55,957 nucleotides of DNA, filler included, from Sphacelaria rigidula (GCA_964200075.2; 6 parts of 6 records of this genome joined end to end with filler, not necessarily neighbours in it); one strand, 5' to 3'; positions 24,091 to 38,479 are shown, numbered from the whole stretch's first letter. Notes: generated by a model not told the origin, from the sequence alone. Translations and numbers: made by a program.

Positions 24091-25911
24091 TCTGTTTATA
24101 GGCGCAATGGACGTAGTGCAGTCCCTCACGAGCCTCGTTCAATAGCGAGTGATTCCCCATTCTCATTTGTCGCACAAAAGCGGCTCACCATCTCGGCTTG
24201 TTAGCTGAAGCACGAGGTAGCGGCGCTGGTATAGCTAGGAGCTGCTGCAGTACAGTGGGGCAGAGCTGCGACCTAAACAAACGAAGTACGGACAACTGGA
24301 CGATAGCCTACACATTACGGTCTGAGTGGCATCTTTCTAACTATCTACACTTGTCCGATATTCAAACTCTTGGGTGGTGGTATTGTGTGTGTGGCGGGTG
24401 GGAGTGGCGAACGAAAAGTATCAAGGGGTGGCCCCATGAAAACACGAGCGGTTGACGTCCCCGGTCGCTTACTGGAAACCCTTGTGGGCGTTCTGTTTGT
24501 TAATTGGTTTCGCCATTTTCCAAAACACTCGCTCTGTCTTTTACCGTACTCTATCACTGGCTGCACAGCCCGTAGCCTCATCTTGCCTGCAGTGCACAGC
24601 GCTGAGAACACACTCTTTGTACAAGTTACGTGCAATGAGCGACTGTCGTGAGAAGTGCGTGTGCGTGTAACGCATGAAGCATCCACTTCCACATCGTCTG
24701 CGTGCACAGGCTCAATTGAGCAGATGATTATAAATCTTGCTCTACCAGCAATGAAACCGAACCCAGCACGACGGCAGCAGGATGGAGTCAACACTCGCCT
24801 TCCCCTCCCATTACCTAATTGCACATTGTATGTATTGCGTGTCAGCTCTCAACCTGCTGTCATTATATGCTCTTAGCCAGGCAACATCACAACAACCGCA
24901 CGAGCAGTGTAGTTCGCTCCACGGGTGCATCAGGTCGTTGCCGTGTTGCAGGCGGAGATGGATCTGGAGCAATTATAGCTGCTGCTTTCGGATTGTCCTG
25001 ACTTGTACAGATTTTTGGGCCATGCATGCTGCAGTTCGGTTCACTACTCGATTTCGGTTCAGCTTTGCCGGAGGAATCGTCAGCCACAGCTACTGTGTTG
25101 TTGATTATAAGGTGAGCAGAAGCCATGATGCGCAGTTTCAGTGTGGATGGCGGTGGATGGCTACCTGTCTGCCTTTTCAAGGCCATGCACCGAGTTCTTG
25201 CTGTAGTAACCAGACACGTTGATTCGCAACAATTATACGAGTAAATAAGTCATCGCAACATCGCAGAGCGCAGTGAGTTGCAAAGGGTTTACCCCGCAGT
25301 TTGCGTCCAAACTGTTTATGGTTGGTACCTTTTTTAATAACGCTAGCCCTGATCCTGACCCTAACCCACGTCAAAATGAGAACCCTTGAGCAAGGGAGAG
25401 TGCAGAGGCCTTCCCAGGCAAATTGTGCGCTGGCAGAACTCAAGTCATCGGCGCCTGGCGCTAATTTGAACACATGGTGCTGTGCGCACGCTGTGAGCTG
25501 CTGTGAGCACCCTGGACTGTCTGCCCCATTAAAGATCCGAATATCGGCGTTGAAACCAAAATCAAGCAATTTTCACCATGGATAATTTGGAGGCGAACTG
25601 GGGTATGCTCTCCAGGTCAAGACAGTGCAGCCTAAATCGAAGGTATCGCACACACGGGATTTGGCTAAAGAGCGATGGGAGATGCAGAGCAACTCACGAA
25701 TATAGGGTTGTATCTTGACCCTTAGACGGCGACCCCCCCGCTGGTAGACTGAGCTGGACACTCCACTTTTTGGTTCAGAATCATCCTTTTGTCACGACTC
25801 GAAACGCCTACTCTACGGCGGAAGGGACCGGGAGTGCATAGGAGGTACATGGTTGTGAGATTCATGCATAACACAGACGGTGTTGTGGTTGTCGACTGTC
25901 GGCACCGAGTT

Positions 25912-26990
25912 CATGGGTACGGGTCGTTACATAATAATTAAACTAAAATCATCGTTTTTTCGTTGATTTCCATGATTCTCGAACGGATTTAACCCTGGAT
26001 TTCTGTGTTGATGGACACACGTGCGCTACTCAAGCCCCATGTGCCGCAGAGAGGGCAATAAGATTGAATTGTTTGGGGTTTTTTTTCTGTCCAGGCCCGG
26101 TCTGGGCTTCATTTCCCTCCGCTAGCTGGCTACAGCCCAGAACAGTTCAGTACATCGATGATATTTTCACAGGCACCATGTCATCATGAAACGAGCTTAT
26201 ACGTCATACCTTCGAAGGAGGGCGGTGCTCTGGCACACGGGATCACACATGCAAGAGGGATGCATGTTTGCGTTAGCTGTCTGATGTCCCGTGTGTAAGA
26301 GTGTTTGGTCGTCTTCACCATTGCATCTCCAAACAATTTCTGTGGCGGTACCAACCGTATCTTTACCGCAAGATGCGCCAACCCTGGCCAGGCGGTCGGC
26401 ATCGCGTGAGTACTGTCTGTACGGCACAGCTCAACACGAGCCATCCCGAACAAAAGCACGACGGCCAACAGTAGAGAGCTACAGTAGCAGCATTAATGCC
26501 GATACAGTCCTTTTCTGGGGTTATGCCATCAGAGAGCATGAAACAACGCACAGCGACAACGATAGCACCGCCTTATCTCATGCCCCGTATCCAAAGCCGT
26601 GCAGGGTCCAGGAGGCGAAAGCTAGCTCAGCGCAATAAATGGAGACTGCAACGCCGACCCCCGCCACCGCAACGATACCGCAGGCACGACAACGCTCATA
26701 GCAAACGTTGGGGACACCAACCCGTATACAGAAAGACAAAGCACTCCTTGTGGGGCCGTCGGTGTCCTGGATACCATCTTTCCGCAGCACCGTACAGTCC
26801 TGTATTGTGGCTGCTGTGGCTGCAGTGGCTGCGGGGACCAGAAGGCCCGTGATCACGAGTGTGACGGAGTCTATACTAAAATCAAGTGTGCGTTATATAA
26901 TGCGTTATATAATGTAGAGGGACTGGTAATAATTTGAATTAAATTACTTGAAATGAGTGTATGCGTTATATAATTTGGCCCGTACCCATG
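25912..26990. mobile_element. Non-autonomous TIR element of about 1.08 kb
   Basis: TIR CATGGGTACGGG / CCCGTACCCATG; colinear diverged copy at ~32190-33181; no TSD seen. Confidence 0.75.
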
Positions 26991-27128
26991 GGCCCGCCGC
27001 CATCCTGACGCAAACACGAAGTCGCAAAAAAAACAGTTATTACAGTCAAATTTTTACCCGCAGCAGAAACCATCCTCACTTCGTGAAATTGGAATTTATA
27101 TCGAAGAAGATACTAAGCTACTGGTATT

Positions 27129-27395
27129 GAGTGATGCCGCGATAGCCTCGCCTCCAAACCAGCCCCGAAACTGTTAGGAAGAAAATGGCCAAAGAGCGCA
27201 TAATAGCTGGTTTCAGACAGCATGAAGCGCCTCATATCGGCGATATTGACGAAAACAATCTCAAGCGAAGAGTTCCCCGCTGCTAGGTGTGCTTGGTGTT
27301 TTTGCCGATTTGAGTCGCATGTCGATTCTACCTCCTCACACCACCCACGTATTTTGAGGGGGGGGGGAGGGAGGGGGGCTATCGCGGCATCACTC
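27129..27395. mobile_element. MITE, same family as 6186-6435
   Basis: TIR GAGTGATGCCGCGATAGCC / GGCTATCGCGGCATCACTC; flanks TATT/TACT; shared core (CCAAACCAGCCC, GCATGAAGCGCCTCATAT). Confidence 0.85.
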
Positions 27396-27826
27396 TACTC
27401 GTTCATTTCGGCTCCCTTGAAAGTACCAAAACCAGCTCTACAGCACACAATGGGGAGACTGTTTCTTCAGGTCTTCATCCAAGTACTACAGTACAGTAAA
27501 TTACGAGAGAACGAGCAGATGCGCCTATTTTTTTAGAAGACGACATTATCAGGGTTGCGTGGGTTAAAGCGAGCATCAATGCATTCTTTCATGGGCGGCT
27601 ACAAAGCATCGATCTCATACGGGATGAACCATGGTCTCGTTGTATGCTACACCCACTCGCTCTCGACCTACGTCCCGTATAACAGTCATGAACCAATGCA
27701 CGTTTTGAACTTCTGCACGTCGCGCTTTCATCTCGGGCCGAGTGCATCATCCCGGAGCTTTACCAGATGTACACCTGCATGGGGAATGCTTGGTTCACAA
27801 TCATGGCCCTTGAGTCCAGTGAAGAG

Positions 27827-27875
<49 letters not shown>

Positions 27876-27929
27876 TCCCCCCCCGCCCCTCCGACGAGCT
27901 CGGCGGCGTGGGTGGGTGTGATATGTGGG

Positions 27930-28029
27930 NNNNNNNNNNNNNNNNNNNNNNNNNNNNNNNNNNNNNNNNNNNNTTAATTAATTAANNNNNNNNNNNNNNN
28001 NNNNNNNNNNNNNNNNNNNNNNNNNNNNN
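27930..28029. other. Artificial contig-joining spacer 3
   Basis: Same 100-bp structure, 9343-bp period. Confidence 0.98.
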
Positions 28030-28751
28030 CGATGACCTGACTCGAAATTTCGAGCAACAAATGGCCCAAAATACCCCCTGCCCTATCGTAGGATGACTCG
28101 TACGTAGTCATGAACAGGCATTTCAACATGCACTGCTGTCGGCTCAAGTCACTTGTGAAAATTAGGTGGTACAACACGGGAACGAACGAAACTGCCAAAG
28201 GTGCAAATTTGACGGGTACATGTCTCCAGCGACGGAAGGACGGACGCGTCGACTTCGGTATCTCTTCTCCGAGATCATGAACAACTGAATACAGCAGGCG
28301 ATACATGCACGTGACCTCCCCTATCCTCGGTGTATCAAACACTTGAAACTCCGGAGGTGACATTCTTTGTCGTCATCGGTGGACTGGATGTCTTCCCACA
28401 CCAGAGACGCGAAGCGAGCACACACCCCGTTGCTCCGCATAGCACGTGGGCCCAACATTGACCTTCATATTCTTGTGTCGAGCGATCCTTCTGTGGGCTA
28501 GGTCCATCAAACGAAAGCGATGGAACAAAATAAGACAAGAGGCCGGCACACTCCACTAGCACGTCGCAAGGTCGTACAGATCAGTTTTCACATGGGCACC
28601 GAAGTTGTCAACCGAGCCACTTGTTCATGCGAGCATATGCCGCCTGCAACGGAGGAGTGCGCCAGTAGCTACCTTTTTGCGCGATGAAACAGAACCAACG
28701 GCTTTAATCGAAAGCGCCGGTGAGAACGAACAATCGTAAAACATATCTCAC

Positions 28752-29288
28752 CGTAATCACCGGAGGCGCTTCTTTGGCGGCCTTCCCCTTCGCCTTGGCT
28801 TTCCCCGAGGCCTGCTGTCCTCCCTTCCCCTCCACCTTCTTAGGCTTTACTACCTTAGCGGACCCAGCGCCTTTATCGGGACCCCCTGCCGCGGCAGCGG
28901 GGGCGTTGCCTCCCTTCCCGACCCCCGTGCCACTGCCGCCGGGTACCCCGCTCCGACCCGAACCGGAAGCTATCCCACCGCCTGCACCCCCGCTCCGACC
29001 TCCGCCACCGCTGCCATTCTTATGCGGCACGCCGTTCGCCGTTGACGCCGTTACCTTAGTTTTGGCGGCCTTTCCCTTTTTCTTCTTGCTACCCGACGAT
29101 CCCTTAGATGTTTTCGGCCCCGCGCTACAACAGCCGCAGGCGAGGAGGAGGAGACCTGAGGCCGCAACGGCCACGCCGGCGCCGACGTACACGGGGTCTA
29201 CGCCGTAGCTTTCGGCAACCGCCGTGCCAGACTTGTAGGCATCTGTTACTGCTGGTGGGAAATCGTAGCTCTCGATCGCCCCGGTCAC
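28752..29288 (-). CDS. Exon of an uncharacterised single-pass membrane protein (TM helix, CGCC, Gly/Lys-rich tail)
   Basis: 537-bp GC-rich open frame between a CTAG acceptor and a GTGAGA donor, phase 0-0; VYVGAGVAVAASGLLLLACGCC followed by KKKKGK. Confidence 0.8.
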
Positions 29289-30074
29289 CTAGTTTCATGT
29301 TTCATTCCGAGTTGGGATAGGGAGACCGAATATATGACATGTTATGGTGTTGGTTTTCTTGTTTCGCAGATGTGTTTCGGTTGTTGCTGTGTTTGCCCTA
29401 CTTTGCCTTGTACCATTTAGAACAACAGAACAATACTGCTGATCTGGAGAAAAGAGTCTCGTGTCCAACATGTACCGCCCCGCTCTTACACCTCACGTTA
29501 GGAAGGTGGATCTCAGATGAAACAGGTACAAGTACTACAAAACAAGAGCACGCTCACCTGTACCCTACCCCGACAACCTAAAAATACTGTCACATCGGAT
29601 CCTGTAGGTAACACCATGCGAGACTGCTGCAAAAATCGATTATCCATGTGTTCTCGCGGATAACGGTTGTACTGATTCTCAATTGTTCCGGTCGAATTAT
29701 TACAGTGCTGGTCGCGTTCAAGAATGTAGAGGCTACTCTGAGATTCTTCTATTCCAATCCGCGTGTTTCGTTTGAAATGGCCACGCTCCACGGTGCGAAA
29801 TTCGCTGAGGGCAGAGGGAATTCATCTTCGGAAGAGAGGTGTCTACATCAGCACGGAAATGTGGCGTCAGAGATTACGTCGGTGGCCGAGGCTCCCGGAT
29901 GGCGAAGGACGCATGTCACCGTGGAGGTCGGAAGCGCTTAATATACGAAATGTATCCATCAAACCAAACTTCACAAAATTGGCATTGTGTGCTTCGAGCC
30001 GGCAGTGCTGTTATGGCTGTCCGACGCGAATCACGCCTTTATAGGGCTGGAAAACCCGCCGTTTATCCATGGAA

Positions 30075-30220
30075 AATTACACACCATGGACAACAGATTA
30101 TATTGTAAAAAAATGTACTGCGTACAGTATGGAATATTTTGTCTGCGGCAACAGGCGCAACAGTCGATACTGTACGCAGTACACTTTTTGACTGTGTATT
30201 CTCTTGTCCAGGGTGTGGAA
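30075..30220. repeat. Short foldback
   Basis: TGTACTGCGTACAGTAT / ATACTGTACGCAGTACA plus outer arms. Confidence 0.75.
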
Positions 30221-30689
30221 AATAAAGACTGCATCCTGTCGCATCCTGATTGCCAGTGAGACGGAAAACGACCCCGCAAAAGGTCGATCAGGTGCACGTC
30301 GGCGAATGCGTAACATAGTCACGTAGGAGACCCGTCGGCAGAAAATTGAGGTCAACTCTGGTAGAAGAACACAAAAGCACCACCGTGTTGGTTTGTCTGC
30401 CCTGATACCCTCAACTTAAGATCACACCCTGTCTGAAAGGGAACCTTGCCCCTCCCAGAACAGCTCTATAGTGGGTCCTTCGCAGAAGACAATGCCCTTC
30501 GACTCAGCTTCATGGTCACGTCATGTGGCGGAGCGGCGGATGAAGGTTTGAGGACAGCAACCTCGAAATAAATGAAGAAGCCGGGACTGTGGTTGTTATC
30601 TGTACTACTACTATTATACTGCGAGCGTCGACCGATGAGCGGATGAGGCCGTGTCTCATCGGGGTTTTTTCGAGTCGAAAACATGCGGT

Positions 30690-31900
30690 CGAATAAAATT
30701 GGCTGTAATTAGCTCGTATCTCGTACGTCCACGGTATTCATGTTCTTAGATTACTTCAAGTCTATTTGATCATCATTTGCGCGCGACGGGCAGGGTGAAC
30801 AACGTAAAAGCTTAGCTTTTCCGGTTGTAAAAAAAGCGGCGGAAACGAACGAAGGGCACATCTTCATGTTTTAGACAACCATGCCAGAGACCACCCTTTC
30901 GCAAAAACATGCGAAATACAGATGATTCATTCGCAGCTACCAACTCAATCCTGGAGCATAGATGACGAACTGAGCCCAGGGAAAAATACACTGCCGCACT
31001 GCCTGATCGAGAACCGACACCATCACCCTCTTGGCATGATGTATTTATTTTGTGTTGGCGAAAACTTGGGCATGTAATTTTGCCGTGGGGTCCACCGACG
31101 GAGTTGCGTGTGGGGGTGAGTGTCCGAATTGCGGACACGCAAAGGGACAGTAGAGGCAGTGCAAAACTGCATGTGGTTCAAATATTTTTCACACTCTCCT
31201 GTATGCAGAGAGTACAGACAGCTCTGCTCTGTTGTCTGTGTGTCACGTTGCTTTTCCACATCGCGCCTGCATGCTGTACGGAACACACACACTACAGGCT
31301 GGGCCGCCTGAGACGCGGACATGGATGTGAACACGCGATTGAACAGCTGAGTTTCAGGTTGCTTTCTATGAAATTTTGACACGATGTACTCTAACCGTAA
31401 ATGCGATTTCAGCCGTTTTTTTCCCCTAATTCCGCCGCACATGCCACCCTCAACTCTACACTTCGCAGCTGACTGCAGTTTGTTATTTCGTTTGATGGGA
31501 ACCTGTCAGATCGCAGTGCAACGTGAAGTGAAAGACGCGCATTGATTTGCAGATTACCATGATGTGTCGTAGTAGGCACAACTCGCGATACATCATCAGT
31601 TAGAACCGGCTGAAGGAAAGTCCGCTTCTTAGGCGGCCCAGCCTGTATGTAGACAGTACACGAAGCACCACTACAGTACTGATTGTCTGTACTGTCTGTA
31701 TTGAATACAATAAAGTGAACAAATACCTCTTAGCGATTTTTGCTCGCCTTTTTCAATTCAAAGCGTGTAAATTTGCTCGGATTCAGACACGGCAATATTG
31801 AATCAATTCCGCCGCACAAGCTCGTTCGAGTCGATTTTTTGAAAATGAAATACTGCCTGAGGCCAACTTTAGTGGAAGCCCTTCAAAATTCCTGTCGAAA
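30690..31900. repeat. Diverged repeat with an inverted homologue at ~33740-34560
   Basis: GGCAGTGCAAAACTGCATGTGGTTCAAATATTTTTCAC matches the reverse complement of ~34078-34117; boundaries approximate. Confidence 0.6.
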
Positions 31901-32004
31901 ACTGCCCGTTATGCCCTTCTCTGTCGTTTTACGCCCGAAAAGAGGGCTAGGCGGATGTTGACGCTTTAGAATGACTTGCTCTACTCGTTGAGACCGTTTC
32001 AAGG

Positions 32005-32190
32005 CAACTTTGCATTTTCCGCTGGCTGCACTTTTATTTTTGGCCAAATGAGGCCGAACACGGATTGTCAGAAAAAAACGGTCAGGTGATCAAAATGTCC
32101 CCCTGTTCTTTGATCGCTTGACCGTTTTTTGTTGGAAATCCGTGCTTGGCCAAAAATGAAAGTGCGACCAGCGGCAAATGCAAAGTTGAA
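32005..32190. repeat. Foldback with arms of about 90 bp
   Basis: CAACTTTGCATTTTCCGCTGG / CCAGCGGCAAATGCAAAGTTG; AAAACGGTCAGGTGATCAAA / TTTGATCGCTTGACCGTTTT. Confidence 0.85.
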
Positions 32191-33181
32191 CTGAAATCAG
32201 ATTTTTGTTTTTTGTTTGACATGATTTTTGAACGGATTTAACTCGGGATTCTTCTGTTGGTGGACACACGTGCGCTAATCCAGCCCCACATGCCGCAGAG
32301 AGGTGAAAAAGATTGAACGGTATGTTTTTTTCTCGTGTCCAGGCCTGGTCTGGTCTTCATTCCCCTCAACTAGATTGCTGCAGCCAAGGACGGTAGTGAT
32401 GATATGTTCACAAGCACCAAGTCAATGAGCAAGCTTATACGGTATACCTTCGAACCGGGGCGGTGCTCTAGCACACGGGGTCGCACACGCTAGATGCATG
32501 TTTACGGCAGCTGTTTGGTGTCCCGTGTGTAGTGTGCTTAGTCGTCTTCGCCATTATATCACTCAGCAACGCGGCACCGACTGTATCTATACCGCAAGAT
32601 GCGCCAACCCTCGCCAGCCGGTAGGCATCGCGGGGGTATTGTCTGTACGGCACCGATCAACACGGGCCACCCACAACAAAAGCATGACCAACAGTAGGTA
32701 GCAAGCAGCATCGATGACATACCGATTTAGTTTTTTCCTCGGGGCTGTTCCGTCCGAGCAGCATGGAACAGCGCACAACGACAACAATAGCGCATATTAT
32801 CTCATGCCCCGTATCCGAAGCCGTGCAGGATACACAAGCAACTTAAGCGCAAACGGAGACTGCAACACCAACCTCGACTACCGCAACCATGCCGCATGCA
32901 CGACGACGCTCACGGTGAAAGCGGGGTACACCGACCCGTATATAGAAAGATGAAGCACCCCTTGTGAGGCCGTGGTCGTCCTAGATATCATCTCTCCACA
33001 GCACGGTACTGAAGTGTGGCTGCGGGCTGCTGAAGGTCAGCAAACACAACTGTCACGGATTCCATACTAACATCAAGTTTGCGTTATAAAATTCGTTACA
33101 TAATATATAGGGACTCGTAAAAAAAATGATTATATTACGTGATATCAGTGGGTGCGTTACATGACCCGACTCGTACCCATG
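32190..33181. mobile_element. Second copy of the 25912-26990 element, left end missing
   Basis: Colinear similarity over about 900 bp; ends in CGTACCCATG. Confidence 0.75.
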
Positions 33182-34569
33182 AAAGCACCGCGATACGGAT
33201 CCCAACCGTATACAATCATTATCTCTCGAACTCGTGGTCATGGAGTAGGGTCGTCTTTCTAGTACCGTCCCTGCCATCCCGCTGACACTAGACCAAACAC
33301 AATAACAGAAACAATCAACCGGAAGTTCGCCAACATGAAAATAAGAGGAGAGACGCCAAGAAAACATGAGACATGGCTTCTCCGAGTCCATTGGGATGAA
33401 GGGGAAAAACAAGGTGCTAAAAAGCACACCGAAAAAAAAGAAAAGACAAGGTAGATGACAAAATGGGATTAGAATAGCCACCAAGCGAGGGTCAACTCAG
33501 CAACCCCAGGCACCCTCTTCGACAACTGCCACAGCTGATGTCGCCTCCATACTATTGGAAGGGAAAACCACTGATGATCGACCGTTTAGGTCGTGTCTTT
33601 TCGAGGCCGAAAAAAAAGGGGAAATTAAAAAGCGTCCAAATATAGCATGTTGATTGATCCCCGGACGGGTTTCAAGTTGCGGTGACCAATCAGCATGCTG
33701 CTTTTGGACGACTGTTGCTTTTCCCGCTTCATTATTTGGTCTCGAAATACTGCGGCCTTCGGGCGTGTCTCACGGCAACTTCTCTTTTTCGAAAAAAAAT
33801 GCGGCGGTGGAATCGTTTTGAGCGAAATTCGCTCATTTTTTCTCGAGTTGGGTCCAAGTGATTTTTCAATCTTTCGATCGAAAAAAGACAGTGAAATTCG
33901 TGAAACGGCACATTGTGACTCGTGTACAGTATAGACACAGTCTGTACTGTTTGCACTGCTTGCAAGCAGTGCCTTCAGTGCGCGTGTGCGTGTTTCGTAC
34001 AGGCGGATATGTAAAAGAGAAGCGGGCAACGTGCAGTGCAGACAGCCCAGGACCATCAGTTCTCTGCTTACAACGCGACGTGAAAAGGATTTCAACAACA
34101 TGCAGCTTTGTACTGCCTGTCCTGTCCATGAGTATGCACGCAACTCGGTTGCCCACCGTACTACACCGTTCCGTCGCTTATCTTCGTCATGAAAGGACAT
34201 GTGCAAGTTCTCGCCACAATAAATAAACGAAGCACACCCGACCAGTGTATCCATCCCTGTGCTCAACTCGTGCTCTATGCTGCAGGGTTGCGGTGGTAGC
34301 TGAGAATGGGTTGGATGGTGTTTGCATGGTCCTGTGAACAGGTGTTATCTGGCGTGGTGGTCCGTGACATGGGAGTCAAGTGCCGCTTCGTGCCTTTCGC
34401 CCGCATGTTTTCGATCGAAAACGACTACCTTTCTCCGCACGCCACTAATTTCAATTTAATATTGACTTCTAGGAACATACACGCGGTGGACATCAGATCG
34501 TCAAAAAACATCGATCGCACTTCTTCGATCGGAAAAAAAGTGCTAATACTGTTGTACATGCCCTTCAGC

Positions 34570-34836
34570 CGTTTCTTCCGGTTCGTATTTCGTTTGGCTC
34601 GTATTTTCCACTTTTGGGACATTTGACGAGGTTTTTGAACCCCAAACAGGGAAAATCGCCACCACACGTCTAGGACACTTTGTATCACCCCACCGAGAGG
34701 AGCCTGGCCCACTTTTCCGATTCGCTTGGGTCAGAAATTTCGAGAGCGGCTTCAGGTTTTTGGGGGTCAGAAACTTTGTCAAATGTCCTGAAAGTGGAAA
34801 ATACAAGCCAAACAAAAATACGAAACGGAAGAAACG
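34570..34836. repeat. Inverted repeat (arms of about 80 bp, spacer of about 100 bp)
   Basis: GTATTTTCCACTTTTGGGACATTTGAC / GTCAAATGTCCTGAAAGTGGAAAATAC. Confidence 0.85.
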
Positions 34837-35159
34837 AACTACTCGTGGGTCAAAAATTTCGACGTCATATTTGTCCGCACGGTTTCGTGTTTGCAACCAA
34901 CCCCTCGAGTGCCGAAGGTCTCCCGTTGGACGTCGATCATATCAACTTCCGGTGGAGGAGTCAAATTTCATAGTGGAGCGGTAACGCCTCCATGATGACG
35001 GGTTAGCTGTTAGCTTGGCCCCCCATGAACCGCGGCACGACGAATCAAAGTTGTTCGTGCCTTAGGCATGGGCAGAGACGACGGCCGTCCCAAGCGGAGA
35101 CCACAAAGGGGGATCGTACCGAGAATAAATTCAACCGTGCACAGCCTACAAGCCGGCGG

Positions 35160-35400
35160 TGAACCAAATTTATGCATGGGGTGAGCAAGTAGTGCATACA
35201 AGCACGCGCAACGATTTACTTCTAGGCAGGTTTGATTGAACGCGTTTTGCCGTGTGTCCTCGTAAATGTCCATCGTTGTCCTCCTACCGCCCACGAACAT
35301 TTCAAAGCAAAACTCGGAACAGTTACCATGGGCAGTCGAACGAAAAGGAACATCTGGTGGCATCCCCAGGGCGATATCCGAGACAACGCAAGGCTGAGAG
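35160..35400 (-). pseudogene. Possible hAT transposase remnant
   Basis: DIALGMPPDVPFRSTAHGNCSEFCFEMFVGGRRTTMDIYEDTRQ loosely resembles the hAT segment IA....PF.......EF......SRTT...Y. Confidence 0.25.
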
Positions 35401-36882
35401 AGTCTAGCCTGGGCCAGCTTTCAAAGACAATCTCTCATGACACAGGAGCGAGCACATATTTGGAGGCGCGAGTGTTATGTCGCAGCACCAGTACATGGTG
35501 ACACGAATGGGTCGTGTTGTACTCCATGCAAAGAATGCTTCCTACACGAATTTCTTTTCGTCAGTAGGTAAGGGTTCGCTTGCGCTTGGCTATGAAAGTA
35601 CCGCTTGTACATGACAGCGCATCACTGGCCTTTGTTCCGAACTGTAGAACGTGGTCTGGCCCCACGACAGATCTTGTCCAGAGGGTTCGATGAACCATGA
35701 ACGAGGTGTTGACGAGGGGGGCTTGCCCGGTTTTCCTTTAACGTTCAACCCGAAAGACTGTCAAACTTGGCGACCATCTGTGGGGTCAAGCTTCCGCAAT
35801 AAATACGTCCGGTGTTCCTCCAGTCGCGATCGCTCGGCGAAAGCGTGCGTGCCTCACGGGGGTATTCTTTTCGCCGACGCAATGTGAGCGATGCTGATTG
35901 TACTCGTACGAGTATGGTACTCTCTTTATGGCGTTGGCAAAAGCCGAATACACCGACTGGCTCTGTCGCCGCAACGGCTGTTCTGTTTTCATCAGCCACA
36001 TCGCTGGCATGTTGTGGCTAGCAACGTGAAGCCTCTACTAATCGTTGAGGCAAGATGGAACCTCGCCTGTCGTTCATCAGACGTACATGTGTATGAATCA
36101 TTTGTCCGTGCTTTTGACTGTCCTTGCCCACAGACGAAAGAACTGAAACATGAAAGATTGACATGAAAAAATGAAGTGTCACAAGTGCTGGTACACTAGA
36201 CACTAGACTACAGAGGCTAGTGCTAGCTTACAATCCGCTGAACCTTACCGCCAGTTCGAGAGCGTGATTATGCGGTGCTGTCTGTACGTACAGACTGTCG
36301 GTATGCATATCCGTGGCTACGTAAATCACGGTAGAAACAGCACCGTACAGTAAATGTACACACCTACATATATATATATATATATAACGTATGCTCTGCT
36401 GTGGGGAGAGACATATGCCGGGGTTGTAGTTCGGGTCCATGGCGCATGGCAAGGAAAGTCTGGAGAAGAGAGGCACACGTGTCTGTTGATACACAACTTG
36501 GCCAATCACACTTTCCACAAGCGAAGGGGAAAAAGCTACTGTAGAAAAAGGGAATAATCGACTGCGTTGTTTGCTGCGCTGCAGTGCCGAAAGCAAGCGG
36601 AGAAAATCCACCCGCTGGCTTTATGGGCGAGTAGAGTATATTCGACACACGCAATGCACACAAACGTAGTCGAGGCTATCCAAAGAGCGTTTCGATAAGC
36701 CACGATGGATATGATAGCCGGGCAAGATGTCGACACCAAATACGCGCACGAGCCCTGTCCCGTAGGCGAATGTGCTCAATTTTACTCGTCATAGGCTCTG
36801 CATCAATCACGCTCCCTTGAAGATGTCGAGTAACACTCGATCGCCGCCTGCCCTCCCCTTCCTAACCCCAAAACTCCCGCAC

Positions 36883-36969
36883 CTGCTCCTTGACACCTGT
36901 TGCAACTTTGATAACAGGCTCAAGGTACCCCGCAAAGCTATCCATCCACTGTCCGCCTGCCCCGGCCAT
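36883..36969 (-). CDS. Probable first coding exon of the same membrane protein gene
   Basis: MAGAGGQWMDSFAGYLEPVIKVATGVKEQ with a CAG/GTGCGG donor in phase 0; joins in frame to VTGAIESYD at 29288. Confidence 0.6.
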
Positions 36970-37272
36970 GTCTGTCCCTGTAGCTGTGCAGCTTTTGCGG
37001 TTCCGAGCTGTACGTTGCGCCTCTACTGTGTGGGTTGTGAGAAGGCGTGCGATATATGTGAACGAGTAACAATGAGATATCATCAATTTCTAGGAGGTAA
37101 AAGAGGACACAGAAGATATACCCGGTGCCAGGCTGCCTGTAGAGATATATGGGAGATGGGCGCGCGCGCGGGGGGGGTGGGGGTTGGGGGGGGGGGGGGG
37201 GGAACAAAAAACGCAGGAGCTCCCTCAGGGGGTTTGCCAAACTAAAAGAGCACACGACACCCCCCCCCACGG

Positions 37273-37372
37273 NNNNNNNNNNNNNNNNNNNNNNNNNNNN
37301 NNNNNNNNNNNNNNNNTTAATTAATTAANNNNNNNNNNNNNNNNNNNNNNNNNNNNNNNNNNNNNNNNNNNN
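37273..37372. other. Artificial contig-joining spacer 4
   Basis: Same 100-bp structure, 9343-bp period. Confidence 0.98.
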
Positions 37373-38479
37373 CCTGCCTTTAATCCATTAGACGATGGGC
37401 CCTCAACATAAAATTTAATATTTACAAATATTACCCATTTATCTGGTGAGTGGCTGGGCGTGGCGCAATCATCAACCAGTGGATCGCGCTTGGGGTACCG
37501 TGCCGGAGGCACGTTTTCACGCGACTTTGATGCATTATTATGGAGCTCAAGAATACATCAAACTTGGGCCAATTCTCAAAGGCGAAGAAACCGTAGCGCA
37601 CTTCGCGTGGAATCTCGATAAAAACCAGGTGGCCCGTTTTTTTATTAAACAAAAATGGGGCCGTTTTCCTTGGTTTTTAAATTTTGACGAGAAGAAAGGA
37701 AACTGAAGCACGTGGCCGGTAACGGTGAACATTGGGTTGGAGTCATGATCCAAAATCTTCATATACCCTGAGGCCAACTCTAATGGGGGCGCTTAGGATT
37801 TTAACGCTCCCATAAAAGTTGGCCTAACGATCAGCATTACTACAATTCATGATGACGTCCAGTTGTAATTGGTACCATTTCCAAGCTCTAGAAGAACACA
37901 TGTATGTTTGCACCCGGATGTACCAACAAAATTCGTGAGCACCTCAGGGTAACGGCAAAAACACCTGCGATTGCCTAGTACCAGATGACTACCCCGACCG
38001 TGGTGACTTCGGTCACGTACTTGTGAATGGAGCCCGCACAACCGACGCCAAGGACAAGAATACAGACGGTAACATGACTTGTATTCTTTCTCATCTCTCA
38101 CTACTCGTAACTCGTCGCGTGGCCGACTTACTTTCGTCTGCGTGACTTTCTGACTCCAGCCCGGGAAGAAAAGTGCTGTGTTGCCGAGATATTTTTTTGA
38201 CCACGTGTAAACCCGCGAACCCCGTCTCGCCTGTTCAATCGACATGTTCATAAGAGGGTATTGGGCTATTTTTGAGGAGAAAGACACTCTTTTTCATCTT
38301 GACATTTTTATGCACATTTCCCATCGTTCCACGTTCTTTTGTAAATTTGCATGACTTTTTCTCCACAAAGTGGTTCGTTTCCACTTAAATCAAATGAGAA
38401 CAGGGCACACTGGTGCTCGTGTCGATTTTTCCTTGAACAGCACACTATTCTTCGGATCGGTCCTCACCTGAGAAATGTA

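Noticed and set aside
27555-27929. Polyproline ORF
   Set aside because: A poly-C run at the contig end, probably low-quality sequence
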